In this document: positions 42,179 through 52,594 of the stretch, one piece after another | Layout of the letters: every line of letters begins with the position of its first letter | Position numbering within the stretch: position 1 is the first letter of the stretch | Assembly (NCBI GenBank): GCA_050174015.1 | Contig: JBFXKG010000006.1 | Coordinates: 96,001-160,000, forward strand | DNA length: 64,000 nucleotides | Direction: 5' to 3' | Origin: Candidatus Krumholzibacteriia bacterium | GTDB lineage: Bacteria; Krumholzibacteriota; Krumholzibacteriia; LZORAL124-64-63 | Notes under the pieces: model-generated | The model's database searches: none | What the model was told of the DNA's origin: nothing | The model's input: only the letters and a program-made list of their open reading frames with translations | Made by a program: the position numbers and the translations under genes

Positions 42179-43174
42179 TCATTCGCGTCCGGGGCCGTCC
42201 CCTGCCTGTTCGAAGGCGTCGATGATCCGTTTCACCAGGGGATGGCGCACGACGTCCCGCCCGGACAGCTCGACGAAGGAGACGCCCGGGGTATGCTGCA
42301 GGATTTCCCGGACGTGCACAAGACCCGATTGCTCCTTGACGGCCAGGTCGATCTGGGTGATGTCGCCCGTCACCACCGCCTTGGACTGGAAGCCCAGTCG
42401 GGTCAGGAACATCTTCATCTGGCCGATCGTCGTGTTCTGGGCCTCGTCGAGGATCACGAACGCGTTGTTGAGAGTGCGGCCCCGCATGTAGGCCAGGGGC
42501 GAGGCCTCGATCACCCCGCCGGCCATGAACCTGGCGATCTTGGCCGCGCCGGTGATGTCCGACAGGGCGTCGTAGAGCGGGCGCAGATAGGGGTTGATCT
42601 TCTCGTTCAGGTCGCCGGGCAGGAATCCCAGCTGCTCGCCGGCCTCGACGGCCGGGCGCACCAGGACGATCCTGTCGACCAGCTGGCGCTTGAGGTAGTC
42701 CATGGCCATGACCACGGCCAGGAAGGTCTTGCCGGTCCCCGCCGGACCGATGGCGAACACCAGGTCGTGGTTCCGGATGGCCTCGACGTAATCCCGCTGG
42801 CCGGGGGATTTCGTCCGGACGGCCTGGCGGCTGCCGGCGGAGAACGTCAGCGGGGGATCGTCGCTCTCCCCCTCTTCCTCGGCCCCGTCGCCCCGGCTGC
42901 ACAGGTAGTCCAGGGTCACGCGGTCGATGATCTGGCCCTGCTCCACCCTTTCCATCAGCCCGCCGAGGACGTCCCGGACCTCCTCCACGGCCTCGCGGGG
43001 GCCCCGGACCCTCAGCTTGTCCCCGCGGACCGCCAGGTCGACCCCGAACCGGTCCTCGAGGTACCGGAGGTTGCCGTCCCGGGTGCCCAGCAGGTCCAGC
43101 TGGTCGACCCCCGTCAGGTCCAGCGTGATCTCCAGGGCGCCGTCGCCCCGCTTGTCGCCCCGCCGGGGTTTCAC
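42179..43174 (-). CDS. phoH: PhoH family ATPase (YbeZ-like)
   Basis: [41 protein letters not shown]. Confidence 0.96.
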   Translation of the reverse strand: MKPRRGDKRGDGALEITLDLTGVDQLDLLGTRDGNLRYLEDRFGVDLAVRGDKLRVRGPREAVEEVRDVLGGLMERVEQGQIIDRVTLDYLCSRGDGAEEEGESDDPPLTFSAGSRQAVRTKSPGQRDYVEAIRNHDLVFAIGPAGTGKTFLAVVMAMDYLKRQLVDRIVLVRPAVEAGEQLGFLPGDLNEKINPYLRPLYDALSDITGAAKIARFMAGGVIEASPLAYMRGRTLNNAFVILDEAQNTTIGQMKMFLTRLGFQSKAVVTGDITQIDLAVKEQSGLVHVREILQHTPGVSFVELSGRDVVRHPLVKRIIDAFEQAGDGPGRE

Positions 43175-44982
43175 GTCCGGTTCCCCTTCTGGTCGGGCCG
43201 GGGGACGATGGCGAGGTTCAGTTCCTCGAGCTGGGCCTCGCTGATGCGGCCCGGGCTGCCGTCCAGGGGCGAGGCGGCCAGGGTGGTCTTCGGGAAGGCG
43301 ATCACCTCGCGCAGCGACGGGCTGCCGGTCAGCAGCATGACCAGCCGGTCCAGGCCCAGGGCGATGCCGCCGTGCGGCGGAGCCCCGTATCCGAGCGCCT
43401 CGAGGAAGAACCCGAACTTGGCGAGGTATTCCTCCTCCTGCATCCCCACGATCCTGAACACCCGCTCCTGCAGGTCCCGCTGGTGGATCCGGATGCTCCC
43501 GGATCCGAGCTCGACGCCGTTGCAGACCAGGTCGTAGAGCTGGGCGCGCGCGGCGCCGGGATCGGCCTCGAGCCCGTCGAGATCCTCGGGCCTAGGCTGG
43601 GTGAACATGTGATGGCAGGCCACCCAGCCGCCGGTCTGCTCGTCCTTCTCGAACAGGGGGAAGTTGCGGACCCAGGCGAGGGCCCAGGCCCCCTCGGGGA
43701 TCCACCCCGCCCGAGCGGCCAGCTCCAGCCGCAGGGCGCCGAGGGCCTCGCGGACCATGGCCCTGGGGCCGGCCACGAAAAGCAACAGGTCGCCCTCCTT
43801 GCCGGCGGTGCGCTCCAGCAGGGCGGACTGGAAGTCGGCCCCCAGGAACTTGGCGATGCCGGTGTCGAGCCCCGCGGCCGCGACCTTGGCCCTGGCCAGG
43901 CCGAAAGCGCCCTTGCGCTTGACCAGGTCCTCCAGCTCGTCGACCTGCTTGCGGCTCCATTCGCCCAGCCCGGCGGCGTTGAGGCAGCGCACGGTCCCGC
44001 CCTCCTGCAGGGCCTTCTCGAAGACCCCGAAGCCGCAGCCGGGCACCAGGTCGTCCACGGTGTGGATGGGACAGCCGAAGCGCAGGTCAGGCTTGTCGGA
44101 GCCGTAGAGATCCATGGCCTCATCGTAGCTGATGCGGGGGAAAGGCGTGGACAGGCCGATCCCCAGGGTCTCGGCGAAGATGGTCGCGACCATCTCCTCC
44201 ACCACCTGGTAGATGTCGTTCTCGGTGACGAAGCTCATCTCCAGGTCGATCTGGGTGTGTTCGGGCTGACGGTCCTTGCGCAGGTCCTCGTCCCGCAGGC
44301 AGCGGGCCAGCTGGAAGTAGCGGTCCACGCCCCCGGCCATCAGGATCTGCTTGTACAGCTGCGGGGACTGGGGCAAGGCGTAGAACTCCCCGTGGTGGAT
44401 GCGGCTGGGCACCACGTAGTCCCGGGCCCCCTCGGGCGTGGTCCGGATCAACAGGGGGGTCTCGACCTCGAGGAAGTCCCGGCCGGAAAGATACCGGCGC
44501 GCGGCCATCGCGGTCTGGTGGCGGATCCGGAAGTTGCGGATCATCTCCGGGCGCCGCAGGTGGATGTAGCGGTACTTGAGCCGCAGTTCCTCGCTGGCGT
44601 TCTCGGCCTGGTCCAGCTGGAAGGGCAACGGGGCGCAGGTGTTCAGGATGGTCACTTCCTCGGCGACCAGTTCGACCTCGCCCGTGGCCTTGTCCGGGTT
44701 GACCATGCCTTCGGGCCGTCGGCGGACGGTCCCGGTCACGCCCAGGACGGATTCGAGCCTGAAATCCTTGGCGACCGCCAGCGGCGAGCCGTCCTGGCAC
44801 ACGATCTGCAATTCGCCATAGCGGTCGCGCAGGTCCACGAACACCACCCCGCCCAGATTGCGGATGCGGCCGGCCCACCCGGCCACCTTGATCTCCCGGC
44901 CGACCAGGCTGGCGGAAACCTCACCGCAACGATGCGTGCGCAACTGAGCGCCGGCTGAATTCTGCTTCATGGGATCGTTCAC
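43171..44982 (-). CDS. aspS: Aspartate-tRNA ligase
   Basis: [54 protein letters not shown]. Confidence 0.97.
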   Translation of the reverse strand: MNDPMKQNSAGAQLRTHRCGEVSASLVGREIKVAGWAGRIRNLGGVVFVDLRDRYGELQIVCQDGSPLAVAKDFRLESVLGVTGTVRRRPEGMVNPDKATGEVELVAEEVTILNTCAPLPFQLDQAENASEELRLKYRYIHLRRPEMIRNFRIRHQTAMAARRYLSGRDFLEVETPLLIRTTPEGARDYVVPSRIHHGEFYALPQSPQLYKQILMAGGVDRYFQLARCLRDEDLRKDRQPEHTQIDLEMSFVTENDIYQVVEEMVATIFAETLGIGLSTPFPRISYDEAMDLYGSDKPDLRFGCPIHTVDDLVPGCGFGVFEKALQEGGTVRCLNAAGLGEWSRKQVDELEDLVKRKGAFGLARAKVAAAGLDTGIAKFLGADFQSALLERTAGKEGDLLLFVAGPRAMVREALGALRLELAARAGWIPEGAWALAWVRNFPLFEKDEQTGGWVACHHMFTQPRPEDLDGLEADPGAARAQLYDLVCNGVELGSGSIRIHQRDLQERVFRIVGMQEEEYLAKFGFFLEALGYGAPPHGGIALGLDRLVMLLTGSPSLREVIAFPKTTLAASPLDGSPGRISEAQLEELNLAIVPRPDQKGNRT

Positions 44983-46253
44983 CCTTCCAGGACCTCCTTG
45001 ACCGCTGCCAGCAGGTCCAGCCTGGCCACCGGTCGCTGGTCACCCGTCTCGAGAATCTTCAGTTGCAGGGAGTCGGCGGCGATCTCCGCCTCGCCCACGG
45101 TCAGCAGGATGCGCGCCCGACGCTGGTTGGCCGACTTGGCCTGGGCCTTGGCGGACCGGCCGGAGGTGTCGATCTCGACCCGGCAGAAGCCGCGCAGCAG
45201 GTCGGCGGCCACCAGGCCGAACCGCTGGGCCCCGTCGCCCAGGCACGCCACGTAGACGTCCACCACGCTCTGGCGGCTCAGCTGGGGATCGACCGGTTCG
45301 TCCCCCAGGTGCAGCAGCGTGCGCTCGATGCCGATGGAGAAGCCCACCGCGGGAGTCGGCGGTCCGCCGCACTGCTCCACCAGCCCGTCGTAGCGGCCGC
45401 CGCCGGCCAGGCTGCTCTGCTTGCGCTCGGCCAGCGCGGTGATCTCGAAGGTGGTGCGGCTGTAGTAGTCCAGACCCCTGACCAGGGTCGGGTCCTCCTC
45501 GAAGGGGACCTCCAGATCCGCCAGGGTCTGCAGCAGCACCGCGTGGTGTTCCCGGCAGGCCGGACACACCGAATCGGTGATGGGACGGAAATCCCTCAGC
45601 AGAGCCTGGACCGCGTCGTCCTTGGCGTCGAACAGGCGGAGGGGATTGGCGTCGATCCGACCGCGGAAAGCCTCGGGGATCTCCTGCTCCCGGCCCTTGA
45701 GAAAAACCTTCAGATCGGCCACGTAAGCCGGCTTGCAGGCAGGACATCCGATGCTGTTGACCAGAAGGCCCAGGCCCCTGGCGTCGACGGCGTCGAACAG
45801 CGCCAGGGCGGTCTGGATGACCTCCGCGTCAAGCACCGGGCTGGGCGAGCCGATGGCCTCGACGCCCACCTGGTGGAACTGGCGATACCGGCCCGCCTGG
45901 GGCCGGTCGTGCCGGAACATCGGCGCCATGTAATAGAACTTCAGGGTCCCCGGCTGGCGGGTCAGTCCGTTCTCCAGGTAGGCCCGCACCACCGAGGCGG
46001 TCATCTCCGGACGCAAGGTGAGGCTTTCACCTCCCTTGGTCTGGAAGGTGTACATCTCCTTGTCGACGATGTCGGTCCCCTCGCCCACCGAGCGGAAGAA
46101 CAGGTCCGTCGGCTCGATCACCGGGGTCCGGATCTCGCCGTAGCCGTACCTGGCCAGGACGTCGGCCCAGCGCTCCTCGCACCAGGCCCACCGCTCCGCT
46201 TCCTCCAGGAGGATGTCCCTCGTGCCCTTGAGGCGGCGGTATTTCAGGTTCAT
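44979..46253 (-). CDS. hisS: Histidine-tRNA ligase
   Basis: [46 protein letters not shown]; start MNLKY at 46253. Confidence 0.97.
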   Translation of the reverse strand: MNLKYRRLKGTRDILLEEAERWAWCEERWADVLARYGYGEIRTPVIEPTDLFFRSVGEGTDIVDKEMYTFQTKGGESLTLRPEMTASVVRAYLENGLTRQPGTLKFYYMAPMFRHDRPQAGRYRQFHQVGVEAIGSPSPVLDAEVIQTALALFDAVDARGLGLLVNSIGCPACKPAYVADLKVFLKGREQEIPEAFRGRIDANPLRLFDAKDDAVQALLRDFRPITDSVCPACREHHAVLLQTLADLEVPFEEDPTLVRGLDYYSRTTFEITALAERKQSSLAGGGRYDGLVEQCGGPPTPAVGFSIGIERTLLHLGDEPVDPQLSRQSVVDVYVACLGDGAQRFGLVAADLLRGFCRVEIDTSGRSAKAQAKSANQRRARILLTVGEAEIAADSLQLKILETGDQRPVARLDLLAAVKEVLEG

Positions 46254-46318
46254 GATCACCCTATCGTTGGGGACGCCTCGGAGCCGGGCCTCGCCCGGTT
46301 CCCGGTGCCCGACTCGAA

Positions 46319-47284
46319 TCAACGGGAAGCCGCCGGCCAATCCTGCGGGAAGTTGCGGCGAACGAGATCCCAGTCCGGTTCGATCAGCAGGTTGAAACCC
46401 GCAAACCCGAGAAAAGCCAGCCCCGACCGCGCATCGGCCGGATCGGTCTCCCCCGCGCCGTCGCGACGGCCCAGTCCCGCCAACCTCTCGCCCGCTTCCA
46501 GGCGCACGCCGGCCGGGAGCCGCCTGGCGGCCAGGAGGACGACGTCGGGCACCGGAGGCGTCAGGACCTCCATTCCCCATTCCAGGGGGGAAAGCAACCC
46601 GGCCTGGAAGAACCGGTCTGCATCCCACTGCCGGACCAGGGCGTAATCGAAACACCCCAGCCGCAAGGCATGCAGCACGGGGGAATGATCGTATGGATCG
46701 GGCCCGAAGGCCAGCGCCGAATCTCCGGCCGCCGGGGGCAGGACCGCCCCCGGCCTCCGCCAGGCCCCCGTGGCGGCCAGGGAGAAGGAGTCGCCGACCA
46801 CGGTGGCGGCGGGGCGGGTGCGCCAGGGTTCGGATACCAGTCCGGCCCCGGTCCGGTAGACCAGGACCCCTCGCGGACGCAGGTTCCGGGGGGCCGGTCG
46901 CCGCACCACGGCCAGCGGGAGGTACGCATCGCCGGCCCAGCGCTTGGCCAGCCCGTCCGGACACAGCACGTAGGCCGCGCCCCGGGCCAGGCCGTCCCTG
47001 AATTCGGCGGGATTGGCCGCGATCTCCAGATGCAGTGGTTGTTCCCCGTTTTCGGCCAGGACGCGGGATAGGGGACCGAAGACCAGTTCCGCCCTGATCC
47101 TCGACCCGGTGGGATCGAAGACCAGGAAATTCCAGCCGGGAGCAGGACGATCCCCCCTGGGCGCGATCAGCGCTCCCAGGGCGAGCAGAAGCACCAGGAC
47201 GAAGGCCCCGAGAGTCAGCCACCCGCCCCGCAGGCCACCCCCCTTGACCGGACCGTTGCCGCGGTAACTATTCAAGCGAATCAC
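46319..47284 (-). CDS. Hypothetical membrane-anchored protein, weak resemblance to PhnD-type substrate-binding proteins
   Basis: N-terminal TM helix; HSPVLHAL..G.FD.A and TPPVP motifs; start uncertain. Confidence 0.55.
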   Translation of the reverse strand: MIRLNSYRGNGPVKGGGLRGGWLTLGAFVLVLLLALGALIAPRGDRPAPGWNFLVFDPTGSRIRAELVFGPLSRVLAENGEQPLHLEIAANPAEFRDGLARGAAYVLCPDGLAKRWAGDAYLPLAVVRRPAPRNLRPRGVLVYRTGAGLVSEPWRTRPAATVVGDSFSLAATGAWRRPGAVLPPAAGDSALAFGPDPYDHSPVLHALRLGCFDYALVRQWDADRFFQAGLLSPLEWGMEVLTPPVPDVVLLAARRLPAGVRLEAGERLAGLGRRDGAGETDPADARSGLAFLGFAGFNLLIEPDWDLVRRNFPQDWPAASR

Positions 47285-48239
47285 CCGACGAGGAATCCCG
47301 CTCCGCCGCGGAGTCCGGCAGAGGCGGGTTGCCGACGATGACCAGGAATTCGGAAGGATCGACGTCGAGCAAGGTCAGCCATTCGGGGAAGTCCACCTGG
47401 CCAGGCAGGCGGTAGACACCCACCGGCCGGTCACCCACCGAAATGGTCACCAGCAGGCGGTCGCGGGTCAGGGTCCGGAGGGAATCGGCGACCCCCCGCA
47501 CGGTGACGCTGGCCACCGGCGGGGACACCCCCACTTCGGGACGCCCTGCGTCCACCAGCGAAATCACCGGAATGTTGGCCAGGGTCCGCTCCTCGATGAC
47601 TCCCACCGGCAGGGAGGCCAGGGCGTGGTCGGGCTCCAGCAGCAGGTAGGGGCTCGGAGCCGTGAGGTCCAGTTCGACGTCTCCACCCGTTCCGGCGCGG
47701 CCGAGATCCAGCGGAGTCGTCAGGATCTCGGGCAGGGGATCGAAGTAGCGCGCAGGCCCGGTGACCATCACCGAGTCGGGCGTGACCGAGGGCTCTTCCA
47801 GGAAGGCCCTGTCCTGAGGCAGCTTGTTCACCATGACGAGCTGCACGGGCAGGCGACGGCTGGCCTCCTGGTCGATGTGGATGAGCAGCGGCTTGGTCAG
47901 ATGGCTGACGGCGGCATCGTCCAGGCCGTCGGTGAGGATGTCGGACACGTCGACGGGATAGACGAAGGCGGGCCCCGGATTCCTCCCCGCGAGGTTGATG
48001 AGGACCTCACCCACGAACTTGTTGAAGTAGTCGTGGCGGAGCAGGCGCAGCTTGCTGCCCCGCACCCGGACGGGGATCTCGGCGGGCAGGTCGCTGCCGG
48101 CGATGGTCAAGCCGGTCTGGAGCCCCGTCACCCGCAGGGGCATCATGATGTCCTGCTCGACGACGGAGGTCGCGGCGACCTGGATCCAGATCACGATCGC
48201 CGCGAGCAGACAGCTGATTTTCAAGCCCAGTCGATTCAC
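47268..48239 (-). CDS. CdaR/YbbR-like protein
   Basis: KISCLLAAIVIW anchor; repeated P..V.V.G modules (PAEIPVRVRG, PDSVMVTGP, PPVASVTVRG). Confidence 0.85.
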   Translation of the reverse strand: MNRLGLKISCLLAAIVIWIQVAATSVVEQDIMMPLRVTGLQTGLTIAGSDLPAEIPVRVRGSKLRLLRHDYFNKFVGEVLINLAGRNPGPAFVYPVDVSDILTDGLDDAAVSHLTKPLLIHIDQEASRRLPVQLVMVNKLPQDRAFLEEPSVTPDSVMVTGPARYFDPLPEILTTPLDLGRAGTGGDVELDLTAPSPYLLLEPDHALASLPVGVIEERTLANIPVISLVDAGRPEVGVSPPVASVTVRGVADSLRTLTRDRLLVTISVGDRPVGVYRLPGQVDFPEWLTLLDVDPSEFLVIVGNPPLPDSAAERDSSSGDSLE

Positions 48240-48344
48240 GTCCCTGACCGCCGGAAAGATAGCCCGGACTTCAACCTAGCACAGGGCGCAGGACCTTGCC
48301 AACCGGCATTGCCGGCCTTCGGGACTCCGCCGCGCAAAAAAAAA

Positions 48345-49271
48345 TCAGCTGCGCAGGATGGGGGAATCGAGAACGTACGCGGCCGGGTTCACGGGCCTGC
48401 CGTCCAGATGCACCTCGTAGTGCAGATGGGGGGCCGAGGACCTGCCGGTGTTGCCCGACAGGGCGATGGCGTCGCCTCGTTCGACCCTGTCCCCCTTCTT
48501 GACCAGGGCCTTGTCCAGGTGGGCGTAGAGCGTCACGACGCCGTTCCCGTGGTCGACCTTGACGACCCTGCCGAAACCCCGCTGCTGCTGGACCGCCATG
48601 ACCACGCCGGCGGCGGTGGCCCGGACGGGGGTCCCGACCGGGAGGCTGAAGTCCAGGCCGCGGTGGAAGGTCTGCCGGCCGGTGAAGGGGTCATCCCTGA
48701 ATCCGAATCCCGAACTCACCCAACCGATGTCCGCCGGCCTCACCGAGGGGATGTGGGCCCTCAGCGCCGCGCGGGACGCCAGGGTGTCCAGCATGGAGAG
48801 GTAGCCCTGCCGCTGGATCCTGGCCTGGCGAAGCATCTGGTCGAGATCCCTGCCGGCATCGGCTGCTGACTCGCCGGTCGAGGCGATCAGGCCGGTTCCG
48901 GCCTCCAGGGCGGCCCTACCGCCGACTCCGGCGGCGAAGGTCTCGCGGTCCAGGCCGGGAAGGTCGAGCGAGGCGGCCATGAGGTTCTGGACCTCGAAAA
49001 CCGAATCGATCTCCTGCCTCAGGGCGAGGACCCTGCCCTCCAGGCCCGCGATGGTGCGGTGGAGCTGGAGATTCTCCTTCTGGAGAGGCCCGCCGCCCGG
49101 ACGCCAGTAGGCGCCCGTGCTGAATCCGAGGGTGACCACGACGGCCAGGACCAGGAAGAGGCCGACGAAGCCCGCGGCGCCCAGCACCGCCCAGCGGGGG
49201 ATGCGGAAGGCCCGGCTGCTGGACTCGTCCTCGGGCATGTACAGGAAGTTGTAATGTCTCTTCAGGCGCAT
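48345..49271 (-). CDS. M23 family metallopeptidase
   Basis: TM helix, coiled coil, HRGLD, YAHL, GNTGRSSAPHLHYEV. Confidence 0.95.
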   Translation of the reverse strand: MRLKRHYNFLYMPEDESSSRAFRIPRWAVLGAAGFVGLFLVLAVVVTLGFSTGAYWRPGGGPLQKENLQLHRTIAGLEGRVLALRQEIDSVFEVQNLMAASLDLPGLDRETFAAGVGGRAALEAGTGLIASTGESAADAGRDLDQMLRQARIQRQGYLSMLDTLASRAALRAHIPSVRPADIGWVSSGFGFRDDPFTGRQTFHRGLDFSLPVGTPVRATAAGVVMAVQQQRGFGRVVKVDHGNGVVTLYAHLDKALVKKGDRVERGDAIALSGNTGRSSAPHLHYEVHLDGRPVNPAAYVLDSPILRS

Positions 49272-49361
49272 TGCATCCTTGGGCGAAACGGTGCCATCCC
49301 TGGTCGAACAGCGGCGGAGCCTGGGGGATCGGGGCCGCGAGGTCGATTCCGGCTGGCCGGA

Positions 49362-49389
49362 AATCTACCTCATCGGCCCCGGATGTCAA
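49362..49389 (-). promoter_or_regulatory. Putative sigma70 promoter TTGACA-N16-TAGATT
   Basis: Intergenic, upstream of the M23 gene; spacer is short. Confidence 0.4.
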
Positions 49390-49413
49390 CAAGTACCGGG
49401 CCCGGAGGTTCCC

Positions 49414-50265
49414 TCAATAATAGTCGTACAGCACGCTGCGATCGCCGGAATGCCGGAGTTTCGCCAGGGCCTTCTCCTTGATCTGCCGGATCCGTTCCCG
49501 GGTCAGACCCAGCCTCTCGCCGATGACCTGCAAGGTCTGGGCCTCCTCGTAGCTGAGCCCGAAATACATGATGATGATCTGGCGCTCCCGCTGCGAGAGG
49601 ACGGCCAGGGACTTGCTGATGTCCTCGCGCATCCCGCGCTCGAGGACGGCCACGTCGGGGGCGGCCTGGTTCTCGTCCTCGAGGATCTCGGTCAGGGGCC
49701 GGTCCCCCAGGTCGCCGGAATCGTCGAGAGGCAACTCGGCCCGGTCGGAGCTCAGGGCGTGGACGACGTCCCCCACGTCCAGATCCAGTCGCTCGGCGAT
49801 CTGTTCCGGATCGGGATTGGGAACGCCCTCGCCCTGCAGGATCGAACGGGTCCGGCTGATCTTGATCAGCAGCGCCGTCTGGTTCTGGGGCAGGCGGATC
49901 GTGCGGGACTTGTCGAGCAAGGCCTGCATGATGGACTGCCTGATCCACCAGACGGCATAGGAAATGAACCGGTAACCCCGGGTCTCGTCGAAGCGGCCGG
50001 CCGCCTTGAGGAGCCCCAGATTGCCCTCGTTGATCAGGTCCGAGAGCATCAGGCCCTGGTTGATGTATCGCTTGGCCACCGAGACCACGAAGCGCAGGTT
50101 CGCCCTCACCAGGATCTGCAGGGCTTCCTCTTCGCCCTCCTTGATCCGTATGGCCAGGGCGACCTCTTCCTCGCGGGTCAGCAGGTCGTACCGGTTGATG
50201 TCGCGGAAGTAGACCTCGAGGCCCTTCTCGTGCATCGCCGGCAGGATGTTGCGCTTGCCACCCAT
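49414..50265 (-). CDS. Short sigma70-family factor (RpoD/SigA-like, no region 1.1)
   Basis: ANLRFVVSVAK, DLINEGNLGL, FISYAVWWIRQSI, LTRERIRQI. Confidence 0.95.
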   Translation of the reverse strand: MGGKRNILPAMHEKGLEVYFRDINRYDLLTREEEVALAIRIKEGEEEALQILVRANLRFVVSVAKRYINQGLMLSDLINEGNLGLLKAAGRFDETRGYRFISYAVWWIRQSIMQALLDKSRTIRLPQNQTALLIKISRTRSILQGEGVPNPDPEQIAERLDLDVGDVVHALSSDRAELPLDDSGDLGDRPLTEILEDENQAAPDVAVLERGMREDISKSLAVLSQRERQIIIMYFGLSYEEAQTLQVIGERLGLTRERIRQIKEKALAKLRHSGDRSVLYDYY

Positions 50266-50377
50266 GGGTTTCCTCCCAGGCAGCGTGGGGTTTCGCCGCG
50301 CCCCAGTCGGAGCGGCGGCCCGGACCCGGGGCGAGCCGGAGCCGGACGGGCGGCCGGGGCGAGCCGGCCGGCTGGTC

Positions 50378-51868
50378 TCAGTTCTCCACCCCGGATTCCC
50401 GGGGAATCACCGAGACGTAGTTCTCGGCAGATCCGGTCCTGACCAGGAACGAGAGGGGATCGCGGCGATGCAACAGCATGCCCCTGAGCTCCTCCCACGT
50501 TTCCAGGTCAGGGATCTCCCTGCCGTTGACGGAGACCAGGACGTCTCCCTGGCGGATACCGGCTTCCGCTGCAGGCTGACCGTCCTCCACCTCCACGACC
50601 ATGACGCCTTCGGCGGCCATGACCCCCAGGAGCTCCTTGAGCCGCTGGACCCGCGGATCTCCCTCCGCGATCGAGGCCACCTCCAGGCCGAGCCACCGGA
50701 CCGGGGTATCCGCCCCCGCGCCGGGCCCACCGTCTATCCATTCAACCGGGCGGACCAGGACTCCCTTCCGGTCCCCGTCCCGGATCAGCTTCACCTCGAC
50801 CTCCCGATCGACCGCCGAACCGGCGATCAGGAACTGCAGTTGCCGCTGGGACTCGACGGCCTTGCCGCCGAACTCCACGATGACGTCCCCCGCCAGGAAT
50901 CCCGCCTCCGCGGCGGGACCCCCAGGAATCACCTCGATCACCCGGGCGCCTCCCTCGGGCAGGCCGGGATCCCGCTCGCCCGCGATCCGGACCAGATCCT
51001 CGGACCGTATTCCGAGGTAGCCCCGGATGACCCTGCCGTGTTCGCGCAGCTGGGCGTAGATGTGCCGGACCATGTTGCTGGGCACGGCGAAGCCGATGCC
51101 CTGGCCCTGGGCGTTGATCGCGGTGTTGACCCCGATGACCCGGCCGTGGATGTCCACCAGCGGGCCGCCGCTGTTGCCGAAGTTGATGGAAGCGTCGGTC
51201 TGGATGAAGTCCTGGTAGCGGGGCGTCAGCCCGCCGATCACCAGGTCGCCCCTGCCCTTGGCGCTGATGATGCCCACGGTCATGGTGCTTTCCAGGTTGC
51301 CGAAGGGGTTGCCCACGGCCACGGCCCAGGCCCCGACCTCGAGCCGGTCCGAATCCCCGAACTCGAGGACCGGCAGTTCCCTGCCCTGCGGATCGATCCG
51401 CAGCAGGGCCAGGTCCGTGCTGGGATCGGTGCCCACCAGGTCGGCCCGGTATTCCAGGGATTCGCCGCTGAACCGGACGAAGATGGCCTCCGCCTCGGCG
51501 ATGACGTGGTGATTGGTCAGGACGTAGCCGTCCCCGTCCACCAGGAAGCCCGATCCGGTGCTGGGCATCTCGAATCGTCCGCCCTCCCCCTCCTGTTCGG
51601 GGAAGAACTGGCGGAACATCTCCTGAAGGGGCCCCGTCCCGACCCCGTGGCCCGTCACCGAACGCGTGCAACGGATGTTGACCACGGCGGGGCGGACCGT
51701 CCGCCCGACCTCGATGAAGGGGGATGCGGGGATGACCTCGTTGACCGCAGCTTCGGCCGGACCGCCGGCCATGACCCCGAGGAAGAGGGCCGTCAGCAGC
51801 AAAAGAAAAAACGCACACGCCGAAGGACCGAAGCTCTGGTCTTTCGCTTCGGTGCAGGCGGTGCGCAT
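50378..51868 (-). CDS. HtrA/DegP family serine protease with two PDZ domains
   Basis: GSGF, LTNHHV, DLALL, IQTDASINFGNSGGPL. Confidence 0.95.
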   Translation of the reverse strand: MRTACTEAKDQSFGPSACAFFLLLLTALFLGVMAGGPAEAAVNEVIPASPFIEVGRTVRPAVVNIRCTRSVTGHGVGTGPLQEMFRQFFPEQEGEGGRFEMPSTGSGFLVDGDGYVLTNHHVIAEAEAIFVRFSGESLEYRADLVGTDPSTDLALLRIDPQGRELPVLEFGDSDRLEVGAWAVAVGNPFGNLESTMTVGIISAKGRGDLVIGGLTPRYQDFIQTDASINFGNSGGPLVDIHGRVIGVNTAINAQGQGIGFAVPSNMVRHIYAQLREHGRVIRGYLGIRSEDLVRIAGERDPGLPEGGARVIEVIPGGPAAEAGFLAGDVIVEFGGKAVESQRQLQFLIAGSAVDREVEVKLIRDGDRKGVLVRPVEWIDGGPGAGADTPVRWLGLEVASIAEGDPRVQRLKELLGVMAAEGVMVVEVEDGQPAAEAGIRQGDVLVSVNGREIPDLETWEELRGMLLHRRDPLSFLVRTGSAENYVSVIPRESGVEN

Positions 51869-51998
51869 CGGGCGCTTCTTTTCGACCTGCAGATACACCT
51901 TCACCAGGCCTTCCAGGTTCCGGAATCCGGTGAAGGGGCGACTGCTTCCCGGAATTCCCGTGGGGGTGGGACATCCCGGGCCTAACAGGGATGCTCAG

Positions 51999-52027
51999 AT
52001 CCTACAAGCAACGGAAGGGAATGTCAA
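51999..52027 (-). promoter_or_regulatory. Putative sigma70 promoter TTGACA-N17-TAGGAT
   Basis: Consensus -35, 17-bp spacer, upstream of the HtrA gene. Confidence 0.6.
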
Positions 52028-52047
52028 CGGTTTCCTGATCTTTTTCC

Positions 52048-52521
52048 TCAAGATTCGCGGCGGGGGTCGTGCTCGTCCAGGTCGTCCCCGACGGGTTCGA
52101 CCAGGATGGCCGATTCTCCCCGGCCGGGATCCAGGGCGGGAACCGTCAGGACCTTATCGGGCCCGGAGCCTTCGTCCGGGCCGTCAGGGGCAGCATCTCC
52201 CCCGCCGGCCTGGGCCTTCTTGCCGGCGGCCTTGCGGCGCACGGCCTCGATCTCCTCGGCCTTGGCCGCCAGTTCCTGCTCGAGAACCTCGATCCGTCCC
52301 ATGAGGGCCCGGACCGCCTCTTCCTCCAGCAGGCCGTCCCGCCCCTCCTTCAGACCCGTGTAGACCACGTTCCCCAGCTCGCTGAACTGCCGCTCGATGT
52401 CGCGGCTGATCCCGAACTTGTCGTACTTCAGGGACGTGACCCTCGTCACCTCGACGGTCTTGTCGGAGGTGGCGGCGTACCAATCCAAGAGGTTCTTCTT
52501 GACGTCGTCCCAGAGTGACAT
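52048..52521 (-). CDS. Hypothetical coiled-coil protein
   Basis: GAGGAGG RBS before MSLWDDVKK; helical N-terminus and acidic tail. Confidence 0.75.
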   Translation of the reverse strand: MSLWDDVKKNLLDWYAATSDKTVEVTRVTSLKYDKFGISRDIERQFSELGNVVYTGLKEGRDGLLEEEAVRALMGRIEVLEQELAAKAEEIEAVRRKAAGKKAQAGGGDAAPDGPDEGSGPDKVLTVPALDPGRGESAILVEPVGDDLDEHDPRRES

Positions 52522-52594
52522 GGCATCCTCCTCGTCGCTCCTGATCCCGGAATAGCAGTTGCCACCAGTCCTTGCGGGGTTACAATTTAACCCC

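Noticed and set aside
44979..47222. Apparent N-terminal fusions on hisS (likewise arcC, tatC, rpiB, ybeY, porV)
   Set aside because: The extensions overlap the upstream gene in another frame; the true starts lie downstream
48284..49297. Sigma54-like TGGCA starts upstream of the cdaR-like and M23 genes
   Set aside because: GG-to-GC spacing is 9 instead of the required 10
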